From: Candidatus Omnitrophota bacterium
GTDB lineage: Bacteria; Omnitrophota; Gorgyraeia; Gygaellales; JAQTUX01
NCBI GenBank assembly: GCA_028707125.1
Contig: JAQTUX010000001.1
Coordinates: 468,142 to 532,141 of the forward strand
Reading direction: 5' to 3'
Length of the DNA stretch: 64,000 bases
Shown: positions 47,277 to 57,785 of the stretch, piece after piece
Numbering within the stretch: the stretch's first letter is position 1
Layout: each line of letters begins with the position of its first letter
Notes under the pieces: model-generated
Databases searched by the model: none
What the model was told of the DNA's origin: nothing
The model's input: the letters and a program-made list of their open reading frames with translations, nothing else
Made by a program: the position numbers and the translations under genes

Positions 47277-47668
47277 TGAAATCATCCTACGAAAACCTGC
47301 AGAGAGGCGTAAGAAAAATGAAGACGCCTACCATAGAGGCCTGGGAGAACCAGTATCCCGACAGGAAATACGAGATAGAGATAAAAGAGCCGGAATTCAC
47401 CTGCATCTGCCCCAAGACCGGCCTGCCTGATTTTGCCGCCATAACCATCAGGTATTCGCCGGTCAAATACTGCGTAGAGTTGAAGTCATTCAAATATTAC
47501 GTATATTCTTTTCGCAATGTGGGGATATTTCATGAACATGTCATTAACAGGATGCTGGATGATTTTATCAGGGCGGTAAAGCCGCGCTGGGCAGAGATAG
47601 AAGGGGTGTTTAATCCGCGCGGCGGCATCACCACGATAGTGCGCAGGAGTTACGGAAAGAAGGCATGA
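47276..47668 (+). CDS. queF: NADPH-dependent 7-cyano-7-deazaguanine reductase (type I)
   Basis: EFTCICPKTGLPDFA catalytic Cys motif and C-terminal GFHE-like region. Confidence 0.8.
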   Translation: MKSSYENLQRGVRKMKTPTIEAWENQYPDRKYEIEIKEPEFTCICPKTGLPDFAAITIRYSPVKYCVELKSFKYYVYSFRNVGIFHEHVINRMLDDFIRAVKPRWAEIEGVFNPRGGITTIVRRSYGKKA

Positions 47669-48501
47669 TCACAGAAAATAAAATTATCAACACAGTCGCG
47701 GGCCTGTGCGTCAAGGCAAACACGCGTTTAAGGCCGGACGTATTGAGGGCGTTGAAGGCGGCATTGAGGCGGGAGAAAAATAAGGGGGCAAAGTACGCGC
47801 TCCGCGTCCTGATAGAAAACGCCTCTATCGCGCGCGGGGAGGGCATCGCCTTATGCCAGGATACCGGGATGCCGGTCGTATTCGTAGAGACAGGCAGCAG
47901 GGCGGCGTTAAGCGGCAATATAAAGAATGCCATAATTAGGGGTGTGGAAAAGGGATACAGGCAAGGTTTCCTGCGCGGTTCAATAATAGCCGATCCCTTG
48001 ACGAGAAAGGCGCCCGCGCGTCCTTCTCCGGCGGTAATACATTTTGATTACGTAAACGGCGCGTCGCTTAAGATCACGGTCTTGCCTAAGGGGTTTGGTT
48101 CGGAGAATAAGAGCAGTTTAAGGATGTTCAAACCCACAGCCGGCATTGAGGAGATAGAAGAATACATAGTGGACAGGGTAAAAGACGCGGGGCCTGATGC
48201 CTGCCCTCCTTACATAGTCGGTATCGGAATAGGCGGGACCGCGGATTACGCCTGTCTCCTGGCAAAAAAGGCGCTGCTTCGCCCTCTGGACAAGAGGCAC
48301 AGCAGCTACCTTATCGCCGGCATTGAGAAAGACCTATTGAAGCGCATCAACAAACTGGGAATAGGGGCGGCAGGCCTGGGAGGCAGCAGCACCTGCCTGG
48401 CGGCGGCGATAGAAGAATTTCCTACCCACATCTCCGGCCTCGCGGTTGCCGTGAATATTTGCTGCCATGCCCTGCGCTCTGCCTCAGCAATAATAAGATG
48501 A
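47665..48501 (+). CDS. Fe-S hydro-lyase (fumarate hydratase class I / tartrate dehydratase) alpha subunit
   Basis: CQDTGMP motif and Cys ligands, ~280 aa; followed by the beta subunit. Confidence 0.7.
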   Translation: MITENKIINTVAGLCVKANTRLRPDVLRALKAALRREKNKGAKYALRVLIENASIARGEGIALCQDTGMPVVFVETGSRAALSGNIKNAIIRGVEKGYRQGFLRGSIIADPLTRKAPARPSPAVIHFDYVNGASLKITVLPKGFGSENKSSLRMFKPTAGIEEIEEYIVDRVKDAGPDACPPYIVGIGIGGTADYACLLAKKALLRPLDKRHSSYLIAGIEKDLLKRINKLGIGAAGLGGSSTCLAAAIEEFPTHISGLAVAVNICCHALRSASAIIR

Positions 48502-49022
48502 AGAGAATATTTTTGCCATTAAGCGACGTAGATCTGTCCGGCCTCAAAGCCGGAGACGCCGTGTTTTTAAACGGTATCGTATACACTGCCCGCGACCAGG
48601 CGCACAAGCGGCTGGTCAAGCTGCTTAAGTCAGGCAGGCGCCTGCCGTTTGAGATAAGGGGGGCGGCTTTGTATTATTGCGGGCCTACGCCGGCTAAGCC
48701 GGGAAAGATCATAGGTTCTTGCGGTCCGACCACAAGTTCGCGCATGGACGCGTTCACGCCCGCCTTACTGAAGGCAGGGCTTAAGGCCATGATCGGCAAG
48801 GGCAGGCGTTCCAAAGAAGTGATCGGCGCGATCAAAAAATATAAAGCGGTGTATTTCACGGCAATAGGCGGCGCCGGAGCGTTTTTAAGCAGGCGCGTAA
48901 CAGCTTCCGCTTTAACGGCATTTGAGGAATTGGGGCCTGAGGCAGTGCGCTGCCTTCGGCTGAAGGATTTTCCCGCGATAGTGGCGGTTGACCCCGGAGG
49001 AAGGAGCGTAAAAGGATGGTAA
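48498..49022 (+). CDS. Fe-S hydro-lyase (fumarate hydratase class I) beta subunit
   Basis: [16 protein letters not shown] and GPTTSSRMD motifs; coupled to the alpha subunit. Confidence 0.7.
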   Translation: MKRIFLPLSDVDLSGLKAGDAVFLNGIVYTARDQAHKRLVKLLKSGRRLPFEIRGAALYYCGPTPAKPGKIIGSCGPTTSSRMDAFTPALLKAGLKAMIGKGRRSKEVIGAIKKYKAVYFTAIGGAGAFLSRRVTASALTAFEELGPEAVRCLRLKDFPAIVAVDPGGRSVKGW

Positions 49023-49729
49023 GAGCTGACGGAAGGGCCAACGATAAAATACGAAAGGTGAAGATAACACGGAATTTCAATAAATACGCGGAGGGCTCCT
49101 GCCTGATAGAGATCGGGCAGACCAGGGTCATCTGCACGGCGACAGTAGAAGAGGCAGTGCCGCAATTTTTACGGGGCAGAGGGGTGGGCTGGGTTACCGC
49201 CGAATACGGCATGCTGCCGCGCTCCTGCAAGACGCGGGTATCAAGGGACAAGAATTCAGGCAGGACCCATGAGATAAAACGGCTTGTCGGCCGCTCCTTA
49301 AGGTCGGCGGTTGATATGGATGAGATGGGCGAGAGGACGATCTGGATCGACTGCGACGTTATACAGGCGGACGGAGGCACGCGCACCGCCTCTATCACCG
49401 GAAGCTACGTCGCCCTTGTTGATGCCCTCAATTGGCTGAAGAAGCAGGGCGCTTTTAACAAACTGCCCGTAACCGGCTTTGTCGCGGCAATAAGCGTGGG
49501 CATGCTTGAAGAGCATGTTATCCTGGACCTGACTTACGAAGAGGACTCCAGGGCGGACGTTGATATGAACGTGGTGATGAACGGAAAGGGAGAATTCATA
49601 GAGATACAGGGCACATCAGAGCGCGAGACATTCAACAGGCAGCAGATGGATAAGATGCTGAAGCTGGCGCAGTCAGGCATTGAAGAGCTTATAGGCGCCC
49701 AAAGGGAATTACTTAAGGATGTGTTGTGA
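49016..49729 (+). CDS. rph: ribonuclease PH
   Basis: [11 protein letters not shown]...[17 protein letters not shown] and TAEYGMLP motifs. Confidence 0.85.
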   Translation: MVRADGRANDKIRKVKITRNFNKYAEGSCLIEIGQTRVICTATVEEAVPQFLRGRGVGWVTAEYGMLPRSCKTRVSRDKNSGRTHEIKRLVGRSLRSAVDMDEMGERTIWIDCDVIQADGGTRTASITGSYVALVDALNWLKKQGAFNKLPVTGFVAAISVGMLEEHVILDLTYEEDSRADVDMNVVMNGKGEFIEIQGTSERETFNRQQMDKMLKLAQSGIEELIGAQRELLKDVL

Positions 49730-50348
49730 TCCTGAAGGCGCGGAACTCGTAGCCGCCACTAAAAATAAAAAGAAGTTGGAAGAGATCAGGGAACTGCTTA
49801 AGGATCTTGATCTGAAGATTACCTCCCTGTCGGACTACCCCGCGGCACCGCGCATAATTGAGAACGGCAGGACATTCAAAGCCAACGCGGTAAAGAAGGC
49901 GGTCAAGATCGCCCGTTTTACGGGGAAGCTGACGCTGGGAGAGGATTCCGGGCTTGAGGTTGAGGCATTAGGCAATCAGCCCGGCGTGCGCTCCTCAAGG
50001 TTTTCCGGCAAGAACAAAAGCGACAACCAGAATAATTTAAAACTGCTTAAACTCCTTGAAGGCGTGCCGCTCTCTAAAAGGAAGGCCAGATACCGCTCGA
50101 GCGTTGCCCTTGCCGGCGCCAAAGGGCTTATAGGAGTGGTTGAAGGAAGCTGTTCCGGATTGATCGGATTTACGCCGAGGGGCAGTTACGGCTTCGGCTA
50201 TGACCCGCTGTTTCTTATCCCCAGGTTCAAAAAGACCTTCGCGCAATTAGGCCCTCTCGTCAAACACAAAATGAGCCACCGTTTCCGCGCGCTAAAGAAG
50301 GCAAGGGCGCTTATCGCGGCGTCTATTTGCCGAAGATCAGGTCGGTAA
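49719..50348 (+). CDS. rdgB: non-canonical purine NTP pyrophosphatase (RdgB/HAM1)
   Basis: [21 protein letters not shown] and GFGYDPLF motifs. rph-rdgB adjacency is conserved. Confidence 0.75.
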   Translation: MCCDPEGAELVAATKNKKKLEEIRELLKDLDLKITSLSDYPAAPRIIENGRTFKANAVKKAVKIARFTGKLTLGEDSGLEVEALGNQPGVRSSRFSGKNKSDNQNNLKLLKLLEGVPLSKRKARYRSSVALAGAKGLIGVVEGSCSGLIGFTPRGSYGFGYDPLFLIPRFKKTFAQLGPLVKHKMSHRFRALKKARALIAASICRRSGR

Positions 50349-52794
50349 TATTCTTGATATTTTTAATGGGGTCCATAACCGCGGACTTCAAGCTGTATTT
50401 CGGCTCTTTGACCGTGCCGCTTATCTTGATGGTTATGCCCGGGCCGCCGAATATGGCGGTGGTGATCTTGCGTATGTCGCCGGTTTCCTTGAGCAGGCCC
50501 TCGCTCATTATCGCCTCAAGGGTGAAGTCAAGGCTGCTGTCAAATCCTATGGAGCCCTTTCCCTGCAGATGAAGTGAGTCGCTGGATAGCGCCAGGTCTT
50601 CGGTGCGGACAAAGCCGTCCCGCAGTATAAAAGAAGCGCCCCCTTCGCTGAAGACGATATTCTGGAACGCGGGGACAAATATGAAGTTTCCCAGCCCTTT
50701 GAGCAGGTTCAGCTCCCATATCTTGCCTTCTATTATTGATACGATGCCGTCTCCCTGCAGTTGAGCCATATCAGCGCCCCTGCCGTTTAAACTGAGCGAG
50801 GCGTTGAGCGTTCCCGCGTAGTCCTTGCCTTTGAGTTTGGGAAAATCATTTTCCAGAAGCGAGATATCCGCCCTGGTTATGCCCGCGTTCAGGCTGTGCA
50901 CAGGCGTTTCCGCGGCAAAATTTACCGCGCCTTCCAGGTTAAGCGCGCCGGCGTACAGCGAGGAATTAGCGTTGACCTTTAACAGGCGGTTGCTTTGGCT
51001 GATGTTTGAAGATAAGGTATTTAATGAAACCCCGTATAATGATATTCGGGGTGAACTGATCCCGGCGTCCACCTGCCAGTTTTTATAGTCAGCCGCCTGT
51101 CCTTTCAGCGTGCCTTCAATTTTAAGCAGGCCCACGGGTTTTATCCGGCCGATCGCGTCTTTTACCTGTTGGGGAAGCGGGGCAGAGCCGAGGTTCTCCA
51201 GGTTGATCTCCGCGGCCAGGCCCATGTCCAAAAACGGGCTGCTTGTGTCGGCGGTCGTGATCACGCCGCTCGCGTTGAGAATTGAATCAAAGTAGCTCGC
51301 GTTAAAGGAGTTGACCGTGATCTGTTTGCCGATGATCTCCAGCTTGCTCTTTATCGCCAACTCATTATTATTTAAGGTAAAATCAATGAGCGGCCTGGCA
51401 AAGTCAGTCAGCGCGCCTTCGGAAGTAAACCGCATCTCCTCATAGGTAAAACCCGCCTGTTTCCAACTCAATGTATCTTTGGAAAATTCCACCACCGCGT
51501 TCACGTTCTTCAGCGGTTCGGGCAGCGCCTTTAAACCGCATTCCGCCTCAGAGATGGCCAGCCGGCCGTCGTATTTAAGCGGCATATCTCCGCTTAGCGC
51601 TCCGCTCACATTCGCGGAAAACGCGATCTTGCCGGTCACATCAAGCGGTATCTCTCCGGCAGCATCTTTCAGCGCCTTAAGCAGCGTGCCCGCGTCGGTG
51701 TCTGCCGAGGCAGTCAATTCAATATAGGGAGGAAAGCCCAGTTTTGCTTTGCCGTTTATTAAGAAGGGGATCTCCTTTACCCGCAGAACGATGTTTTCAT
51801 ATGCAACAAGGTTCCGGTCAAAGGTAAGCGCGCCTTTGATGCTCTGGATCTCGCCTATCCGCGGTATGCCGGATACCCTGGTATCTTCCAGCGCGATGCT
51901 GCCCTTGTACGATGTTGCCCCGCCTTTTAGCGGCAGGGAGATATCGGGCTTGAGCAGCCAGTTTGCCGTAACTTCGATCTCGTTGTATTTTACGCGCGCG
52001 TCCTTAAGCGGGATCTCCGCCGTTATATTAAGCTTATCCTGAGAGAATTTCAGCGACGCCTTTATCAGCGGCGATACGCCGGATATCTCGGCGGGGATTA
52101 TGCGGAAGTATTCTTTGATCTCAGAAAGCGGCAGGTCGCTGAGCGTGATATCGGCGTTACCCTGTTTTTTGGCGATAAGGAACTGCCCTTTTAAATTCAG
52201 CTTACTTGTTACCTGTCCCCGCGCCATTGCCGCCGACAGCCGCAGGTCTATTTTAGCCGGCAGATCAAGCGACGCCTTAAGGTTTATCTCGTTGATCTCT
52301 TTTTTGTATTCAGGGTCAAACCGCTTATCCCGGAACACAACCTCGCCGTCCGCTATGTTAATGCCGCCGATCATCAGGGAAAACGCGGGCTTATCCGTTT
52401 TTGCCGGCTTGAGGAACCGCGTAATATTCAGCTGTCCGGCCTGGTCAATGGCCGCGCTCAGCCGCGGCTTGTTGATCTTAATGGAGGGGATTATGATCTT
52501 CTTCTGTTTGAAAATAGGCAGGACCAATAAGTTGAAAGAGATGTCCTCGCAGGAAAATACCTCTTCGTTGGCGCCCTTTTCAGAGAGCCCTATGTTCTTT
52601 ATCACAAAGCCGCGGATGATGTTGTATTCCAGGGAGCCCACGCGCGCGGACAGGGTAGTGGCGTCTTCAATGCCGGATATGAGAAGTGCCCTGAGCTTGA
52701 CCGGCAGATAGAATTTATTCAGGTAGAAAAGCGAGCCGACAACCAGCAGTATAAAAGCGGCAAGATAAATAAGGACGCGTTTCTTTTTGGCCAT
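50323..52794 (-). CDS. AsmA-family / DUF748-like large envelope protein (N-terminal TM anchor)
   Basis: 823 aa with one N-terminal TM helix and long repetitive beta-rich periplasmic body, as in AsmA/TamB-like proteins. Confidence 0.45.
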   Translation of the reverse strand: MAKKKRVLIYLAAFILLVVGSLFYLNKFYLPVKLRALLISGIEDATTLSARVGSLEYNIIRGFVIKNIGLSEKGANEEVFSCEDISFNLLVLPIFKQKKIIIPSIKINKPRLSAAIDQAGQLNITRFLKPAKTDKPAFSLMIGGINIADGEVVFRDKRFDPEYKKEINEINLKASLDLPAKIDLRLSAAMARGQVTSKLNLKGQFLIAKKQGNADITLSDLPLSEIKEYFRIIPAEISGVSPLIKASLKFSQDKLNITAEIPLKDARVKYNEIEVTANWLLKPDISLPLKGGATSYKGSIALEDTRVSGIPRIGEIQSIKGALTFDRNLVAYENIVLRVKEIPFLINGKAKLGFPPYIELTASADTDAGTLLKALKDAAGEIPLDVTGKIAFSANVSGALSGDMPLKYDGRLAISEAECGLKALPEPLKNVNAVVEFSKDTLSWKQAGFTYEEMRFTSEGALTDFARPLIDFTLNNNELAIKSKLEIIGKQITVNSFNASYFDSILNASGVITTADTSSPFLDMGLAAEINLENLGSAPLPQQVKDAIGRIKPVGLLKIEGTLKGQAADYKNWQVDAGISSPRISLYGVSLNTLSSNISQSNRLLKVNANSSLYAGALNLEGAVNFAAETPVHSLNAGITRADISLLENDFPKLKGKDYAGTLNASLSLNGRGADMAQLQGDGIVSIIEGKIWELNLLKGLGNFIFVPAFQNIVFSEGGASFILRDGFVRTEDLALSSDSLHLQGKGSIGFDSSLDFTLEAIMSEGLLKETGDIRKITTAIFGGPGITIKISGTVKEPKYSLKSAVMDPIKNIKNITDLIFGK

Positions 52795-52851
52795 GGGACT
52801 ATTATATACTATTTTTCCTACATATCAATCAGTGTGATATAATATATCTCA

Positions 52852-53928
52852 ATGTCCATATCCGCCATAGATTCCATACGCTGCAGGTTCAATTATCCCT
52901 ACCGCGCGCTCCGCAATAAGCTCCTGGGAAGGAGCGACCCGCTTATAGTGATCCTGGTCGTAAATAATGAATGCAACCTGAAATGCAGGTATTGCTTCGG
53001 CCAATACTGCGCGAGAAAGGCCGGCAGTGATTTCAACACCGCGCAGATAATCAGCATCGTTGATGAGCTGCACGCTTTGGGCACGCGCGTGCTGACGGTG
53101 CACGGAGGCGAGACGCTGTTAAGGGACGACATCGGCGAGATCGTTGACTACATAAAGAAAAAGGGGATGTATATCCACCTTGTGACCAACGGCCTGCTGC
53201 TTAAACAGAAGATCGGCCTGATAAGAAAAGTGGACAGCTTGTGCATCAGTTTTGACGGCAGGCAGGAGGGGCATGAGGCCAACCGGGGCGCGGGCACATT
53301 CAAGCCCACGCTTGAGGCGATAAAACTGGCCAAGAGAGAAGGGTTCCGCCTGCGTATCCACGCCACCATCACCAAATACACAAAGGACGATATTGAATAC
53401 CTTGCCAAGCTGGCAAGGGAAATAGGGTTCTTCCAGTATTTCAGCATCCTCTATCAATGCGGCGGGGTGACCCGGGAATTTCAGGAGCTTATGTTGAGCG
53501 ATGAGGAGACAAAAGACGCGATCCGGCAGATCATACACTGGAAGAAAAAGGGCTATCCCATTTTTACTTCTTACCGCGTGCTTGAGAACGCCTTAAACTG
53601 GCCTTATCCCTACATCAAGCCGCATCTCAGGCCGGAGGAGATACCCGCGCGCTTTAAGCCCATTGACTGTTTTTACGGCAAAAGCAAATTCATAATAGAC
53701 GCGGACGGCCGCGTCTATCCCTGTTTCGCGCTTATGGATGAATTCAAGCCCCTCAACATAAAGGAAGTGGGGCTGAAGAGGGCGATAGAGCACGTAAGAG
53801 ACGCGAAGCGCTGCTCCAGCTGCATGTATTTTACCAATAATGACCACAACCTTCTACTGGGCCTTTCAATCAGGCAGCTCCTCAATCAATGCAAGTTACA
53901 ATTCAAGGAACTGATCGGAAGATATTAA
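52852..53928 (+). CDS. radical SAM protein with C-terminal SPASM-like Cys cluster
   Basis: CNLKCRYC (CxxxCxxC), and C-terminal CF...C...CSSC motifs. Confidence 0.65.
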   Translation: MSISAIDSIRCRFNYPYRALRNKLLGRSDPLIVILVVNNECNLKCRYCFGQYCARKAGSDFNTAQIISIVDELHALGTRVLTVHGGETLLRDDIGEIVDYIKKKGMYIHLVTNGLLLKQKIGLIRKVDSLCISFDGRQEGHEANRGAGTFKPTLEAIKLAKREGFRLRIHATITKYTKDDIEYLAKLAREIGFFQYFSILYQCGGVTREFQELMLSDEETKDAIRQIIHWKKKGYPIFTSYRVLENALNWPYPYIKPHLRPEEIPARFKPIDCFYGKSKFIIDADGRVYPCFALMDEFKPLNIKEVGLKRAIEHVRDAKRCSSCMYFTNNDHNLLLGLSIRQLLNQCKLQFKELIGRY

Positions 53929-53934
53929 GGCGCC

Positions 53935-55893
53935 ATGCATAGTTTCGCGGCATTATTTTATCCGGCTTTTATTCTGGGGGTATGCCTGCTGCCGTTCTAT
54001 CTGTTCAGGCGCAGCTGGAAGGAAACCGGCATTATCGCCTGCGTCGTGATCTATTTCTTTATCCTGAATAAGGACTTGCTCGGCGGCAGGCAGGTGTTTT
54101 ACCACGACACGCGTTTCACCTACGAATACCTTCTGATGATCTTTAAGCAATGGCTGGACAGCGGCGCCGCGGTCGGCTGGAATCCCTATATGAACGCGGG
54201 AGAGCCGCTGTATCTGTTCTCCAATTATTTTCTCTGGGCGCCCTGGGTATTATTTTGCTGGATAAATAAATTTACCGGCATCAACGCCCACGCCCTGTTC
54301 AATATGTTCTGGTTGTTTTTGTTCGTCAATTTCTGCGTCGGCGGCCTGCTGTTCTTTCTGGCCTTATACGACAATTTCAAGGCAGCGCTGTTCTCTTTCA
54401 TCGCCTTGATGCTCGGCGGGATGTTCATCGTAAACCTGGGCCAGCCCATGGGGTTGGCCACGATGTATTACCTGCCCTATATACTTTTCTGCCTCGCCTT
54501 ATCCGTTAAGAGAAAAGATATTTACGGCTTTGTTCTCGCCGTTGCCTTCTCGGGGATAGCCCTGAATCATTACCTGCCTCACTATGTCTTTTTGGCGGCC
54601 GGCATCTGCGTCTTTTTCTTTCTCGCGTTTAATTTCAGGTTGCTGCCCGCGGCGCTGCGTTTATTGGGCTCAGGATATAGATTTATGCTTTTAGCTCTGG
54701 CAGTCGCTTTGCTGGCGGCATCGCCTGCCATGTTCCTGGCCGGGGAGATGCGGAATTACGTGTCTCCCAGCCGCGGCGGCGCCCTGGCCGGAGCCGCGCT
54801 TGAGCCCGGCCGCAGCGGCTACCAGCCCGGCGTTAAAGCGTCGCTGTCCGATTATCGGATATTGCTTAAGCAGGATCTTCCTTCCGACGCGAATATACAC
54901 CACGCCTTTTATTTCGGCATTGTGCCGCTTTTGCTTATGCCGCTGGCTATATTCGGGCGGCGCAACAGACGCGCCTGGGCTATCCTCGCTAGCGCTGCCT
55001 TGCTCATATTCCTGGGCAGCGGCAATGATTTCTGGGGATACCGCCTGTTGATAAAATATGTCCCGGGATTTAATATGATCAGGCATTCTTTCGGGCTGGC
55101 CCAATTTGCCGCCTTTTTCCTGATATGCCTGTCGGGTTTCGGGCTCAAGGAATTACTGCGGGATAACGGCAGAAAACAGCTGTTCTTCTGGCTGGCAGTC
55201 ATTGTTTTATTAACGGATTTAAGTTTATTTTATGTCCGCCATAACAAGAGCAACGCCTCGCAGGCGTTGCGGGTCACTCCGGCGAATATAGTTTATCCCC
55301 GGGAAAGGTCTCTTTATCCTTCTCAGGCCTACCCATTGCCTCCGGATATCTCGCCTTTAATTTACAAGAAGGCGGCATTAAAAAATCCCTTTCTCAATTT
55401 CACGCTCTTCAGGGATAAGCGTCTTAACGATATACTTAATCGCTTTCTGCCGGAAAACGGCTATGAGCTGGCATTGGGCGTGGGCGGGCCGCTGATCTAT
55501 TTTACTCAAGACAGAGGCGCTTTGCTTTCGGAGGAATTTTACAATATGGGCGATAATGGGGCCGCGGGGCAAGGGGCGGTTGACTATATACAAACCAATA
55601 AACCCAATGAGCTGGAGGTCCTGGTCAAGGCGCCCGCGCCCGGGTTACTTGTGCGGCTGGAGAGTTTTCACCCCGGCTGGCAGGCATTTATAGACGGAGA
55701 AAAGACGCGCGTCCATAGGGCCAATTATACCTTTCAGGCAATAGAGGTGCCTGAGGGGCGTCACAGGGTTGTGTTCAGGTTTGCCACGGCCTACCCGGTA
55801 TTGTTATATATTCATATCCTTTGCGTATTCTTGACCTGGGCGGCGTTCAACATTTATCTTTTTTCTGGTCCGCGCCTTGCTGCCGCAGGTTGA
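53935..55893 (+). CDS. polytopic membrane protein (possible YfhO/glycosyltransferase-like)
   Basis: At least 12 predicted TM helices across 652 aa with a C-terminal soluble domain. Family assignment is weak. Confidence 0.3.
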   Translation: MHSFAALFYPAFILGVCLLPFYLFRRSWKETGIIACVVIYFFILNKDLLGGRQVFYHDTRFTYEYLLMIFKQWLDSGAAVGWNPYMNAGEPLYLFSNYFLWAPWVLFCWINKFTGINAHALFNMFWLFLFVNFCVGGLLFFLALYDNFKAALFSFIALMLGGMFIVNLGQPMGLATMYYLPYILFCLALSVKRKDIYGFVLAVAFSGIALNHYLPHYVFLAAGICVFFFLAFNFRLLPAALRLLGSGYRFMLLALAVALLAASPAMFLAGEMRNYVSPSRGGALAGAALEPGRSGYQPGVKASLSDYRILLKQDLPSDANIHHAFYFGIVPLLLMPLAIFGRRNRRAWAILASAALLIFLGSGNDFWGYRLLIKYVPGFNMIRHSFGLAQFAAFFLICLSGFGLKELLRDNGRKQLFFWLAVIVLLTDLSLFYVRHNKSNASQALRVTPANIVYPRERSLYPSQAYPLPPDISPLIYKKAALKNPFLNFTLFRDKRLNDILNRFLPENGYELALGVGGPLIYFTQDRGALLSEEFYNMGDNGAAGQGAVDYIQTNKPNELEVLVKAPAPGLLVRLESFHPGWQAFIDGEKTRVHRANYTFQAIEVPEGRHRVVFRFATAYPVLLYIHILCVFLTWAAFNIYLFSGPRLAAAG

Positions 55894-56007
55894 GGTTGAA
55901 AAGCGCGTTTTGGCGTGTTATAATTGAATGCTTGAAATATATAGGTACCGCGGGTAATAAATATTAGCGGGCGGTACCGTTCTTCCGATATGCAATAGAG
56001 AAAAGAA

Positions 56008-56082
56008 CGGGGCGTGGCTCAGTTTGGCTAGAGCGTGTGGTTTGGGACCACAAGGTCACAGGTTCGAATCCTGTCGCCCCGA
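56008..56082 (+). tRNA. tRNA-Pro (anticodon TGG)
   Basis: CGGGGCGTGGCTCAGTTTGGCTAGAGCGTGTGGTTTGGGACCACAAGGTCACAGGTTCGAATCCTGTCGCCCCGA; anticodon loop TTTGGGA. Confidence 0.9.
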
Positions 56083-56092
56083 CTGGATAAAT

Positions 56093-56167
56093 GTCCCTGT
56101 AGCTCAGTTGGATAGAGCATCTGCCTTCTAAGCAGAGGGTCGCCTGTTCGAATCAGGCCAGGGACGC
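56093..56167 (+). tRNA. tRNA-Arg (anticodon TCT)
   Basis: GTCCCTGTAGCTCAGTTGGATAGAGCATCTGCCTTCTAAGCAGAGGGTCGCCTGTTCGAATCAGGCCAGGGACG; anticodon loop CTTCTAA. Confidence 0.9.
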
Positions 56168-56197
56168 TGAGATGTAAACCCGATAGGGTATTTATAT

Positions 56198-57523
56198 ATG
56201 ATCAATAAGAAAAAACTGTTGCCGGAGGTCCTGCTGATCGCGCTGGGCGCCTGCTCTGTTTTGGTCCTCGCGGTATATGTTTTTGTTTCCCTTAATTACA
56301 GGGCGATGGTCGCCTCCGGACTGAAGGGCCTGACCTCCAAGGATATCTCGGTCGGCTCAAGCGAGCTCAGGTTTCCCTTGACGGTCACGCTCAACGACTT
56401 GAAGGTAGAGGACCTGTTTGAGGCAAAGGAATTCAGGGTCGGCATCAGCGTGATCGGGTTGATCTTCGGGGACTTGGTGTTCTCTGAGGTCTACCTGGGC
56501 GGGCCGAAGCTCACGATGGAACTCAATAAGCCGCTGATAGATTCAGAGCCGCAGCTGCCGGGCGATGGCATAGAGGCAGCGGCTATTGATGTAAGCAAGA
56601 TACCGCTTCCTCCGGCAGCGCCTTCGGTTTCTGAGGCGCGCGCTGTTGCCGAAGATGAGACGCCCACCAGAGGGTTTGTCATAAAGCGCCTGCGCGTTAA
56701 AGACGGCAGCATTGATATTGTTGACAGGAATGCCGGGCCGGAAGGCCTGCTCATATATCTTAACGCCGTGAACGCGGATATAGAGAATTTTTATTTCGCG
56801 CCTGAGCCGGTCATCACCAACTTTAATATCAGCGCGCGCATGCCCTGGCAGGGCGGCGGCAAAGAGGGGAGTTTCAACTTCGCCGGATGGATGAACCTGT
56901 TCCAGAGGGATATGCAGGCAGACCTGAATATCAACGGCATAGACGGGGTTTACCTGAGCCCTTATTATTCGGAATGGGTTGACGTTGAGGGCGCGCGCAT
57001 AAACGAGGCGTACCTGAATTTTTCCAGCAACCTGAGCGCGGCGAATAACAACCTGACCGCCAGGTGCCATCTTGAGCTGACGGATATAAAATTTAATCCC
57101 CGCCCCGAGGGAGAAGAATTCAATAAGGCGGAGAAGATCACCTCGGCAGTGCTGGATATATTCCGCGAGATGGATAAGGGCAAGGTGGAGCTGAATTTTA
57201 CCCTGAACACCACTATGGACAAGCCGGGCTTCGGCATCAACACCATACGCCAGGCAGTGGATGAGAAGATAGCCCGGAGAGGCAATAAGCTTGGGCCGGA
57301 AGACCTCCTGGCTTTGCCCATTAAGTTCTTGAGCAACGCGCTGAAGGGCACGATCAAAAGCACAGCCGAGATATCCCGCGCCTTGGTCGGCGGTACCATT
57401 GAGATCGGCAGGGAGATGAAGAAGTCCGTTGAAGGCGCCTTCAGCAAGGACGAGACAGAGTTGAAGGACATAGAATCAGGAGAAACACAGGAACCGGAGA
57501 ATAAAAGCAGCGATTTGAATTGA
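56198..57523 (+). CDS. hypothetical membrane-anchored protein (DUF748/AsmA-N-like)
   Basis: N-terminal TM helix and beta-rich body; no catalytic motif recognised. Confidence 0.3.
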   Translation: MINKKKLLPEVLLIALGACSVLVLAVYVFVSLNYRAMVASGLKGLTSKDISVGSSELRFPLTVTLNDLKVEDLFEAKEFRVGISVIGLIFGDLVFSEVYLGGPKLTMELNKPLIDSEPQLPGDGIEAAAIDVSKIPLPPAAPSVSEARAVAEDETPTRGFVIKRLRVKDGSIDIVDRNAGPEGLLIYLNAVNADIENFYFAPEPVITNFNISARMPWQGGGKEGSFNFAGWMNLFQRDMQADLNINGIDGVYLSPYYSEWVDVEGARINEAYLNFSSNLSAANNNLTARCHLELTDIKFNPRPEGEEFNKAEKITSAVLDIFREMDKGKVELNFTLNTTMDKPGFGINTIRQAVDEKIARRGNKLGPEDLLALPIKFLSNALKGTIKSTAEISRALVGGTIEIGREMKKSVEGAFSKDETELKDIESGETQEPENKSSDLN

Positions 57524-57531
57524 TAGATAAT

Positions 57532-57608
57532 GGTGGGTGTAGCTCAGTCTGGTTCAGAGCACTTGACTGTGGCTCAAGTGGCCGCGGGTTCAAATCCCGT
57601 CACCCACC
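57532..57608 (+). tRNA. tRNA-His (anticodon GTG) with extra 5' G(-1)
   Basis: GGTGGGTGTAGCTCAGTCTGGTTCAGAGCACTTGACTGTGGCTCAAGTGGCCGCGGGTTCAAATCCCGTCACCCACC; anticodon loop CTGTGGC. Confidence 0.9.
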
Positions 57609-57643
57609 CCTTTGATTGTAACTTATTGAGATGAAATGAGTTA

Positions 57644-57682
57644 CGAAATATCCCCGACGGGTCATCTCCGTCGGGGATATTT
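57644..57682 (+). terminator. rho-independent terminator
   Basis: atccccgacgggtcatctccgtcggggatattttat is a GC hairpin followed by a T-run. Confidence 0.6.
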
Positions 57683-57735
57683 TATCTGGCGACACCCCTA
57701 GGAGTCAGGAAAAGAAGGATTTATGAAGAAATGAT

Positions 57736-57783
57736 TTGACAGTTGTTCTAAAAATGAGTACAATTGTTCTCAAGGTGAGAACG
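57736..57783 (+). promoter_or_regulatory. promoter TTGACA-17-TACAAT followed by palindromic operator GTTCTCaaggtGAGAAC
   Basis: Consensus hexamers with 17-nt spacer at 57736-57764; a perfect 6-bp-arm palindrome at 57767-57783 lies between the -10 and the ATG at 57786. Confidence 0.55.
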
Positions 57784-57785
57784 CC

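Noticed and set aside
50327-52711. Several plus-strand ORFs (for example 52100-52711, 203 aa) inside the AsmA-like gene.
   Set aside because: Low-complexity Ser/Ala/Leu-rich translations typical of the antisense of a GC-rich gene. The minus-strand 823-aa ORF with an N-terminal TM anchor is the coherent gene.
56198-57523. Possible relationship of the 441-aa protein to the 823-aa AsmA-like protein as a split gene or pseudogene.
   Set aside because: They are on opposite strands and separated by 3.4 kb of unrelated genes and tRNAs, so they are more likely independent paralogues.
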